DNA of 38,081 nucleotides from Fibrobacteria bacterium. GTDB lineage: Bacteria; Fibrobacterota; Fibrobacteria; UBA11236. This document shows, in pieces, positions 26,952 to 34,923 of the stretch. The stretch spans positions 1 to 38,081 of the forward strand of contig JAYTHY010000038.1 of the NCBI GenBank assembly GCA_043732185.1, read 5' to 3'. The notes below the pieces were generated by a model. It was given only the letters and a program-made list of their open reading frames with translations. It was not told the DNA's origin and searched no databases. The position numbers and the translations under genes were made by a program. The first letter of the stretch is position 1. Every line of letters begins with the position of its first letter.

Positions 26952-26988
26952 CTGCACAAATGTACAGTATTATTTCGGGGTTATTCAA
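26952..26988 (-). promoter_or_regulatory. dnaE2 promoter with overlapping putative LexA operator
   Basis: TTGAAT-18 nt-TACATT-7 nt-ATG; imperfect palindrome CTGTACATTTGTGCAG (26952-26967) fits CTG-N10-CAG and, with one mismatch, TGCNC-N4-GTGCA. Confidence 0.7.
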
Positions 26989-27103
26989 TGAAAAATTGGG
27001 ATTGATCGATGGCAATGCGGGGTATTTGTGAAGTTTGAGGGGCTGGGAGTGAGATGAATTGAGGGTCCTGATGAGCACAATCAACCACATCCGAAGCAAT
27101 CAT

Positions 27104-27916
27104 TTACCAAGCGTATCGGCCAAAGAGATTTGAGCGCAAGTTCAATGGCATTCCTTGACTTGAGCCAAACATACCATCAAATTGCACGCCGGTTGCCCAA
27201 TGCTTTTTAATCTGGTAGGCAAAGGCTACTTGGAATCCTAAATATTTTTCACGATCAGCAGGGCTCCCGGCCAATTCCGTATCCAACGGAAAAAGGCCTG
27301 AAAAGGCTAGCATGGTACTGATGGATGCACCCAATTTTTTGCCGCCGGCAAAGTTATATCCGGCCTGAGAGGCTAACCCACCAGAACGTAATCTTGGCCC
27401 TGCGCTTGCTTGAAACCACCACCCAGTTTGTGACCAGCCCAATACGGGCCGTACCTCCCAAGCCCATGCCCGCTGTGAGAAAAGAGGATAAACAAAATCC
27501 GGAACTTGGGATGTGTTTTCTGGCCCAACCGGAATCCTCGCATTGACCATGGCAGAGAAATAAAATTTACCTCGATGGCCTAGACAATAGGTTAGACCCA
27601 GTTCTGGATCGGTTGTCGCCACCTTATCCATGGAGTCCGAGCTTACGCTTTTAAGGAATCCCCAACTCCAGTTAAGAGCCAAACTTGGAATCACGCCCGT
27701 TTCCCCAAAGGTGGAAAGCCCCGACTCTTGAACGCCATAAAGTTCCTTTTGGCCTTGGCCATTGGAAACGGATTCAGTTTTTAAAAAAGAGTAACCTAGG
27801 GTAGCATTTCCATGTCCGGGCCGAATGGGCCAAGCGCCTGCATGGACTTGTACCATTAAGGCGGAAAATAAAATAGGCACTAAGATAATACGGGTCTGAA
27901 AACGGGTTTTAGCCAT
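27104..27916 (-). CDS. Putative outer-membrane beta-barrel protein
   Basis: Signal peptide ending VHA; alternating amphipathic beta-strand pattern; terminal aromatic residue (GRYAW). Confidence 0.7.
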   Translation of the reverse strand: MAKTRFQTRIILVPILFSALMVQVHAGAWPIRPGHGNATLGYSFLKTESVSNGQGQKELYGVQESGLSTFGETGVIPSLALNWSWGFLKSVSSDSMDKVATTDPELGLTYCLGHRGKFYFSAMVNARIPVGPENTSQVPDFVYPLFSQRAWAWEVRPVLGWSQTGWWFQASAGPRLRSGGLASQAGYNFAGGKKLGASISTMLAFSGLFPLDTELAGSPADREKYLGFQVAFAYQIKKHWATGVQFDGMFGSSQGMPLNLRSNLFGRYAW

Positions 27917-28086
27917 GGTGTTTCCTTCAATGGCTTAAACTAAGATTGTTATTCAAGCTAGTCACTTACTCGGGAATCTATCCGTCCCAATCCATCGACA
28001 TTTCCATTCAGTTTCATGACGCTGCCTATTCTGTGCGGTATATTCGATGAGCAAGCAAATAATGAATGGAAAGAGGAGATTTAAAC

Positions 28087-28167
28087 ATGGCACTAGCCTC
28101 ACTGCAGCTCGGAATCGAGCAGGCTGCGGCCGGGCAGACCCGATCCTATTCCGAAATCCTTCTCTAA
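28087..28167 (+). CDS. Possible small ORF (26 aa)
   Basis: Strong SD AGAGGAG 8 nt before the ATG; MALASLQLGIEQAAAGQTRSYSEILL. Confidence 0.3.
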   Translation: MALASLQLGIEQAAAGQTRSYSEILL

Positions 28168-28327
28168 ATAGCAACGAGTTTCACGGGATGACGGGCCAAC
28201 GCAACACCCATGAATGAACGGTCACTCTAATTCTGGATAAAACCTTCAGGTAGCCATGGGATACTAGTGTCACCCTTTTTTAAAGTATCGCAACGTGGAA
28301 ATTACCGTTTTAATACTTTTATTGGGT

Positions 28328-28795
28328 ATGGCCACAATAACTCGACTGCATAAGACCCAAGTACTGCCTATTTCCTTGGAAGTAGCTTGGAGTTTTTTTT
28401 CCAATCCCGGGAATCTACCCGAAATTACGCCCAAAGATTTGGGGTTTGTTGTTTTGTCTGAGCCTACGGATACGATCTATCCTGGACTTATGCTCCGTTA
28501 CTCGGTAAGCCCCTTGTTAGGGATTAAATCCTTGTGGGTTACGGAAATCACCCAAGTTAAAGCTCAAGAATACTTTGTAGACGAACAAAGAATCGGACCT
28601 TACCGACTCTGGCATCATGAACATCATTTCCACGCTCGCGGGCCCGCTTCCGTGGAAGTCGTGGATATTATTCATTACTCCCTACCCTTCGGCTGGATCG
28701 CGGATTGCATTGCCGGGGCCATGGTGCGCAGGCAAGTGGAAAATATTTTCCGGCACCGATCGGAAGTTTTGAAATCCCGATTTGGACATGGCTGA
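28328..28795 (+). CDS. SRPBCC (START-like) family protein
   Basis: AWSFFSNPGNLPEITP, WVTEIT, FVDEQRIGPYRLWHHEHHF, YSLPFG. Confidence 0.92.
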   Translation: MATITRLHKTQVLPISLEVAWSFFSNPGNLPEITPKDLGFVVLSEPTDTIYPGLMLRYSVSPLLGIKSLWVTEITQVKAQEYFVDEQRIGPYRLWHHEHHFHARGPASVEVVDIIHYSLPFGWIADCIAGAMVRRQVENIFRHRSEVLKSRFGHG

Positions 28796-30275
28796 GATGA
28801 AACCAACCTTGCTTTGGCTAAGACAGGATTTGCGGCTTTCCGATCATCCCGCCTTAATTGCGGCTATGAAAAAAGGGCCCGTGATTCCCGTTTTTATTTT
28901 TGATCCTGAGGGAGAAGGAAAGTGGGCACCGGGCGGTGCCAGTCGCTGGTGGTTGCATCATTCACTTTTAGCTTTGGATCTTGAACTTCAAAAAAGACAG
29001 TCAAAACTAATTTTCCGGCATGGGAATAGTTTAAAAATTCTCCATGATCTGATTAAAGAAAGTGATGCCGGCGCCGTATACTGGAGTCGGCGTTATGAGC
29101 CGCTGATTGAAAAGCGCGATCAAGTCATCGCAGAGGCTTTAGAAAAATTCGGAGTGGAGGTTCTCGTCTTTGCCGGAGCTTTACTTTTTGAACCGGAAAC
29201 AATCCGCACAAAAACGAATGGCCCCTACCAGGTTTTCACACCGTTTTATCGGGCCTGCCTAGCCAGTCTACCCTATCAGCCTGTGCTTGAAAACTCAAAG
29301 AAAAAAGCTCCTAGAGACCAAGCTCCTAAGAAAATTATAGGGCCTGAGCGTTGGCCGCGATCCAATCGTCTTGAAGAATTTAACCTGATCCATCAAATAA
29401 ATTGGGCGCAGGAATTTAATGCTTGCTGGCAACCGGGTTTACTCGGCGCGCGGGAATTATTACAAGAACGCATCAGTGCAGTGTTGATCGGTTATCTGGA
29501 ATCACGCGATGATCCCAATACAGAAGGTACATCCCGGCTCTCGCCACATTTTCATTTTGGCGAAATCAGTATCCATGAAGTCTGGCAAGCGCTAGAAACA
29601 AAGGTGGCTGCTATTGATACCAGCCCTCAAGCACGGGCTTCGTTACAGGCCTACCAAAGACAATTGATTTGGCGTGAGTTCTCACATCATCTGCTCGTGA
29701 ACTTTCCGCAGACTCCGGAAAAACCATTGCGCCCATCCTTTAAAGCCTTTCCCTGGCGGACCGATTCCCTTTCCCTGCAGGCCTGGAAAAAAGGGCTTAC
29801 CGGTTACCCTTACGTGGATGCCGGCCTTCGTCAACTCTGGACAACGGGATGGATGCATAATCGCGTACGAATGGCAGTGGCCTCGTTTTTGGTGAAGGAC
29901 CTATTGATCCCGTGGCAGGCTGGAGCCGATTGGTTTTGGGATACTTTGGTAGACGCGGACTTGGCACAGAATACCATGGGCTGGCAGTGGACGGCTGGCA
30001 GCGGCGCGGACGCGGCTCCTTATTTCCGAATCTTCCACCCAGTAACCCAGGGGGAACGATTTGATCCTGATGGTGAGTATGTCCGACATTGGGTTCCGGA
30101 GTTGGCGCACTTGGAAAACAAATGGATTCAGAGACCTTGGGATGCCCCTCCAGAAATATTGAAGCGGGCCAAAATTGAATTAGGAAAAACCTATCCATTT
30201 CCTTTAGTGGAACATGGGATGGCTCGGAAACGGGCCTTAACCGCCTATCATGCTTTGCCCAAAGGGTTCGCTTAA
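28788..30275 (+). CDS. phrB: Deoxyribodipyrimidine photolyase (class I CPD photolyase)
   Basis: WLRQDLRLSDHPAL, TSRLSPHFHFGEIS, LIWREF, GWMHNRVRM, LVDADLA, DAAPYFRIF. Confidence 0.95.
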   Translation: MAEMKPTLLWLRQDLRLSDHPALIAAMKKGPVIPVFIFDPEGEGKWAPGGASRWWLHHSLLALDLELQKRQSKLIFRHGNSLKILHDLIKESDAGAVYWSRRYEPLIEKRDQVIAEALEKFGVEVLVFAGALLFEPETIRTKTNGPYQVFTPFYRACLASLPYQPVLENSKKKAPRDQAPKKIIGPERWPRSNRLEEFNLIHQINWAQEFNACWQPGLLGARELLQERISAVLIGYLESRDDPNTEGTSRLSPHFHFGEISIHEVWQALETKVAAIDTSPQARASLQAYQRQLIWREFSHHLLVNFPQTPEKPLRPSFKAFPWRTDSLSLQAWKKGLTGYPYVDAGLRQLWTTGWMHNRVRMAVASFLVKDLLIPWQAGADWFWDTLVDADLAQNTMGWQWTAGSGADAAPYFRIFHPVTQGERFDPDGEYVRHWVPELAHLENKWIQRPWDAPPEILKRAKIELGKTYPFPLVEHGMARKRALTAYHALPKGFA

Positions 30276-30537
30276 GTTCTTATTTTGAAATTTAAGAGGA
30301 GCCAAAACGTTCATTTGACTGAATTGCCTGTTTTGTGGGTGGAAAACGGAATATGGCCTTGGAAAGTTAGGGATTGGCGGCATTCTATGACACCGTTTCA
30401 ATGGGCCCCGATTCCTGAATTCAAAGAGCTCCAAAAAAACCGAAAAGGATAAATTTTTACCCAGAAAAGCCATATTTATCACCGAAAATGACCTATTTAG
30501 CAGAGCCGGAGGCCTAGATTAAAGCCGGGAGGCTTTG

Positions 30538-32637
30538 ATGCTGAAAAAACACACCGTGCCGTTGGTGTCGGTACTGTTTTTCTTAAATGGTGTCGCCCAT
30601 GCAGCACCCGTCCTCCCAATCGAATCCGCAAACGAATATTTCATTTTCCAAGGCAAAAAAATCCCTCTACTCCGGAAATCCGATCAAGTTGCGGTCTGGT
30701 ATAAAAACATAGAGTCGCCGCCAGCTTCCAGTTTTCAATCCAAGTGGCATGCCAATCGAACCGGCAATTTTAAATCCAATCGCGAGAGGATGGAAATGTA
30801 CTCCCTCCCCGGTCCAGCAAACGAACTGGACAACGTCGGTAAAAAAAATGCCGATTTAAAATTCGCCGATTTTCAAATCGACTTGCGCAACAATCCAGCC
30901 ACGCGGGAAATCGGTCCCGTTTACTACGATCCTGAATTCAAGCGAACCGTGGTATGCTCGGACCGGATTCTCCTCCGGGTTTCTCGTCCTGAGATATTGC
31001 AAGAGGTGTTGAAAACCTATCCGGTGGAATTGTTGGAAGGCATGAAGCTTTCGCGCACGTACGCACTCAAGACCCGAATGGGTACCTTAGAAATTGCCAA
31101 CCGCATCGCCCAGCATCCGGGAGTCGAATGGGCGGAACCGGAATTCTTGGGGCAGATTGAACCGACGCGCATCCCCAACGATCCCATGTTCCCTGAGGCC
31201 TGGCATCTAAACGGCAACGGAGGCCGAGGTTTGATGGCGAGCCTCGCATGGGACATTGGTTGGGGAGACGAGAAAATCGTGGTCGGCATTTTTGACGACG
31301 GTGGAGATTCCAAGGGACATCCGGACCTGAGACTCTCACCTAGCGGTATGAACTGGACTACAACTCCGTACAGCAAACCTCCGTGGACAATTAGCAGTGC
31401 CGCTCACCATGGTACTGCGTGCGCGGGAGCCGTGGGAGCGATTGGAGACAATAATATCGGAGTGGTTGGAGTCGCGCCAGGCGTGACAATCCTGCCCATG
31501 AAAATCACCAATTATCCCGAATCGGGGTTTGCCTGGGACAGAAGTATGGCTGATGCAATTCTGTATGCTGCCGACTCTGCCCAAGTTGGCAGTATCAGCG
31601 TCATCGGTTTTGAGAGCAATTACATTCGCGATGCCATCAAGGAAGCGGCTATCAACGGCAGGAAAGGGAAAGGCTTCCTGTTTTTTACTTCGTCGGGCAA
31701 TGGGGGTCTGAGCACAATAACCACTCCTTCTTTGTACGAATATTCCATTTGCGTAGGTGCCTCGACCTACATGGATCTGAAAGCCAGTTACAGTCAATGG
31801 GGAGATACGGGAAAGACTGTGGAATTCCTAGCCCCAAGCGGAATACCCACCACCTATTTGGATGCCACCGGGCCCACCTATTATACCGGCTTCGGTGGCA
31901 CTTCGGCGGCTACGCCTGTGGCGGCTGGAGTCGCAGCGCTCATCCTGTCCACCAATCCCGATCTCACCCGCACCCAGGTGCTGGATATCATGCGATCCAC
32001 CTGCGACAAAATCGGGGACGTCACCTATGATGCCAAAGGATTCAATCGCCAATGCGGGTATGGTCGACTGAACGCATTTTCCGCCTTGAAGAAAGTGCCC
32101 CCCTACATCGTCATGGAACCGCGCGATACAACAGTGAGCCTGGGCAGTATGTTCAGTGCCTCCATCACCGCTAGAGGTTTCGAGATAACCTATCAATGGC
32201 AAAAAGCAATTTCCGGATCCGGATGGCAGACATTGTCCGGTGAAACCAATACTGTGTTTGCCCTTAATGCCGTCAGCGCCACCCAGGCCGGCCGCTATCG
32301 ATTCCTTGTCAAGAATGCCAATGGCAGCGACACCAGCCGCAGCTTTGTTCTGAGCACAAGTGGCGAGTTAAGCGCGCGGGATGTTTACGGGCCGAGAAGT
32401 TTGCAGATGAAAATCAGTAGAGAGTCAGGGAGAATCCGCTGTGACGTCCAGTTACCGGCATCAGGGCCAGCGCGACTTGAAATCCTGTCACCGAATGGCA
32501 AAAGCAGAATGCTGCTGAACCAGAAATTGGATGCCGGTGTGTATACCCTGTATTATCCATATCGCCAGGTTTACTCAGGTCCGTATCTGTATCGTCTGAC
32601 GCAAGGCGCAAGCGTGAAGACGGGGAAATTCCAGTAA
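30538..32637 (+). CDS. Secreted S8 (subtilisin-like) serine peptidase with Ig domain and C-terminal sorting-like domain, copy 1
   Basis: Signal peptide ending AHA; FDDG (Asp), HGTACAG (His), SSGN, GTSAATP (Ser); Ig-like YQWQK...GRYRFLVKN; SD GGGAGG. Confidence 0.92.
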   Translation: MLKKHTVPLVSVLFFLNGVAHAAPVLPIESANEYFIFQGKKIPLLRKSDQVAVWYKNIESPPASSFQSKWHANRTGNFKSNRERMEMYSLPGPANELDNVGKKNADLKFADFQIDLRNNPATREIGPVYYDPEFKRTVVCSDRILLRVSRPEILQEVLKTYPVELLEGMKLSRTYALKTRMGTLEIANRIAQHPGVEWAEPEFLGQIEPTRIPNDPMFPEAWHLNGNGGRGLMASLAWDIGWGDEKIVVGIFDDGGDSKGHPDLRLSPSGMNWTTTPYSKPPWTISSAAHHGTACAGAVGAIGDNNIGVVGVAPGVTILPMKITNYPESGFAWDRSMADAILYAADSAQVGSISVIGFESNYIRDAIKEAAINGRKGKGFLFFTSSGNGGLSTITTPSLYEYSICVGASTYMDLKASYSQWGDTGKTVEFLAPSGIPTTYLDATGPTYYTGFGGTSAATPVAAGVAALILSTNPDLTRTQVLDIMRSTCDKIGDVTYDAKGFNRQCGYGRLNAFSALKKVPPYIVMEPRDTTVSLGSMFSASITARGFEITYQWQKAISGSGWQTLSGETNTVFALNAVSATQAGRYRFLVKNANGSDTSRSFVLSTSGELSARDVYGPRSLQMKISRESGRIRCDVQLPASGPARLEILSPNGKSRMLLNQKLDAGVYTLYYPYRQVYSGPYLYRLTQGASVKTGKFQ

Positions 32638-32658
32638 TTCAAATGCCGGGAGGCTTCC

Positions 32659-34743
32659 ATCTTAAATAAATCCTACTTGGCCTTAGTATCGACTTTGCTC
32701 CTGGTTTGCAGCGTTTCCCAGGGTATTCCAAATTCCCCAAACCAGGCTGCAGACGAGTATTTCATCTTCCAAGGAAATAAAATCCCGTTGATCCGGCAAA
32801 AGGATCAAATCGCGGTTTGGTATAAAAGCGTAGGTAAATTACATGCCACGGCCTTCCAGTCTAAGTGGAACACTAAGCGCTTCGGAAATTTCATTTCCAA
32901 CCGGGACCAAATGGAAATCTACGCCCTCGCTGGCCAAACCAATGGCATTAGAAATCCCGTGCAAAAGTTCACAGATTTCAAAATCGATATAGAAAAGGAT
33001 CCAGCCATTCGGGAAACCAGCCCAGTATACTACGATCCTGAATTCAAGCGAACCATGGTATGTACGGACCGTATTCTCCTTAGAGTATCCCGGCCCGAAA
33101 TTTTGCAAGAAGTACTGAAAACCTATCCGGTGGAATTACTGGAAAATCTGAAACTCCCACGTGCTTATTACCTCAAGACCCGCACAGGCTCATTGGAAAT
33201 TGCCAACCGCATCGCGCAGCATCCGGGCGTCGAATGGGCGGAACCGGAGTTCTTGGGACAGATTGAACCGACGCGCATTCCCAACGATCCCATGTACGCG
33301 CAAGCCTGGCATTTGAATGGAAAGAATGGCCGTGGCTTGATGGCGAATCTCGCCTGGGACATTGGATGGGGAGATGAAAATATCGTAGTGGGTGTGTTTG
33401 ACGACGGAGGGGATCCCGAAGGACATCCTGATTTGAAGCTTTCCCCCAGTGGGATGAACTGGACCACTTACCCACCAAGTAAGCCGCCTTGGACCATAAC
33501 CAGCGGATACCCTCATGGAACCACTTGCGCTGGAGCCGTGGGAGCCATAGGGGACAATAATATTGGGGTGATTGGTGTCGCTCCGGGAGTGACCATTTTG
33601 CCTATGAAGATCACTAATTATCCAGATGGGGGGTTTGCTTCAGACAAAAACTTTGCAGATGCCATTCTGTACGCCGCCGATTCCGCCCAAGTAGGCACGC
33701 TGAGCATTATCGGATCGCGAGGAAGTTACCTTCAAGCGGCCATCGAGGAGGCGGCCATAAATGGTAGGCAGGGCAAAGGCTTTCTGCTTTTCACTTCGGC
33801 GGGCAATGAGGGCACGGGCACGTTATCCTATCCATCCCTGTTCGATTATTCCATTTCGGTAGGCGCCTCGACCAGCTTGGATCAGAAAGCCGATTACAGC
33901 CAATGGGGAGACACGGGAAAGACGGTTGCATTCCTGGCACCTAGCGGAGTACCCACCACCTATTTGGATGCCAATGGCCCCGGCTATACTAGCAGCTTTA
34001 GCGGCACATCGGCAGCCACGCCCGTTGCGGCTGGCGTCGCCGCGCTCATCTTATCCACCAATCCAAACCTCACACGCCTTCAGGTACTGAACATCATGCG
34101 TTCCACCTGCGACAAAATCGGGGACATTCCATATGATGCCAAAGGATTCAATCGCCAATGCGGGTATGGTCGACTGAACGCATTTTCCGCCCTCAAAAAA
34201 CTACCCCCTTACATCGTCCTGGAACCGCGCGATACAACCGTGAGCTTGGGCAGTATGTTCAGTGCCTCCATCACCGCTAGAGGTTTTGAGATGACCTATC
34301 AATGGCAAAAAGCAATTTCCGGATCCGGATGGCAGACATTGTCCGGTGAAACCAATATTGTGTTTTCCCTTAATGCTGTCAGCGCCGCACAGGCCGGCCG
34401 ATATCGATTCCTTGTCAAGAATGCCAACGGCAGTGACACCAGTCGTAGCTTTGTTCTAAATACTAATGGCGATGGAACTGTGCGGGGTGTTTCCAAGCTG
34501 GAAAGTTTGGAGATGAAAATCAGCAGAGAGTCAGGGAGAATTCGCTGTGACGTCCAGTTACCGGCATCAGGGCCAGCGCGCCTTGAAATCCTGTCACCGA
34601 ATGGCAAAGGCAGAATGCTGCTGGACCAGAAATTGGATGCCGGTGTGTATACCCTGTATTATCCATATCGCCAGGTATACTCAGGTCCGTATCTGTATCG
34701 CCTCACGCAAGGCGCCAGTGTAAAAACAGGGCAATTCCAGTAA
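32659..34743 (+). CDS. Secreted S8 serine peptidase, copy 2 (tandem paralog); start is ATC 32659 by homology or TTG 32677
   Basis: FDDG, HGTTCAG, SAGN, GTSAATP; colinear with copy 1 over its full length. Confidence 0.9.
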   Translation: MLNKSYLALVSTLLLVCSVSQGIPNSPNQAADEYFIFQGNKIPLIRQKDQIAVWYKSVGKLHATAFQSKWNTKRFGNFISNRDQMEIYALAGQTNGIRNPVQKFTDFKIDIEKDPAIRETSPVYYDPEFKRTMVCTDRILLRVSRPEILQEVLKTYPVELLENLKLPRAYYLKTRTGSLEIANRIAQHPGVEWAEPEFLGQIEPTRIPNDPMYAQAWHLNGKNGRGLMANLAWDIGWGDENIVVGVFDDGGDPEGHPDLKLSPSGMNWTTYPPSKPPWTITSGYPHGTTCAGAVGAIGDNNIGVIGVAPGVTILPMKITNYPDGGFASDKNFADAILYAADSAQVGTLSIIGSRGSYLQAAIEEAAINGRQGKGFLLFTSAGNEGTGTLSYPSLFDYSISVGASTSLDQKADYSQWGDTGKTVAFLAPSGVPTTYLDANGPGYTSSFSGTSAATPVAAGVAALILSTNPNLTRLQVLNIMRSTCDKIGDIPYDAKGFNRQCGYGRLNAFSALKKLPPYIVLEPRDTTVSLGSMFSASITARGFEMTYQWQKAISGSGWQTLSGETNIVFSLNAVSAAQAGRYRFLVKNANGSDTSRSFVLNTNGDGTVRGVSKLESLEMKISRESGRIRCDVQLPASGPARLEILSPNGKGRMLLDQKLDAGVYTLYYPYRQVYSGPYLYRLTQGASVKTGQFQ

Positions 34744-34923
34744 CACCAATTCTGGGAATTCTCGTTTAGAATCCAAGCCGGGACTGGATTTCCGTACACA
34801 ATTGTACAGGAATAACCACGACTGGTTTTGTCGGTTACCGGCCCTACGGGATTGATGGATTTTTTGGGATGCGATAGCGATATCATATAAGTTGAAAAGC
34901 GAATCCATTATACCTAATCGGCT

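Larger units (their letters stand above)
30521..34743 (+). repeat. Tandem gene duplication, unit about 2.1 kb
   Basis: Shared GCCGGGAGGCTT ribosome-binding region; identical tracts 32026-32085 = 34132-34191 and 32188-32251 = 34294-34357. Confidence 0.9.

Noticed and set aside
30538..34743. Duplicated protease tracts as a diversity-generating retroelement template/variable pair
   Set aside because: No reverse transcriptase in the window, and differences are not confined to adenines; whole-gene duplication explains it
34795..34808. TACAC-AATT-GTACA, similar to the putative LexA box
   Set aside because: Located between convergent gene ends with no promoter to control
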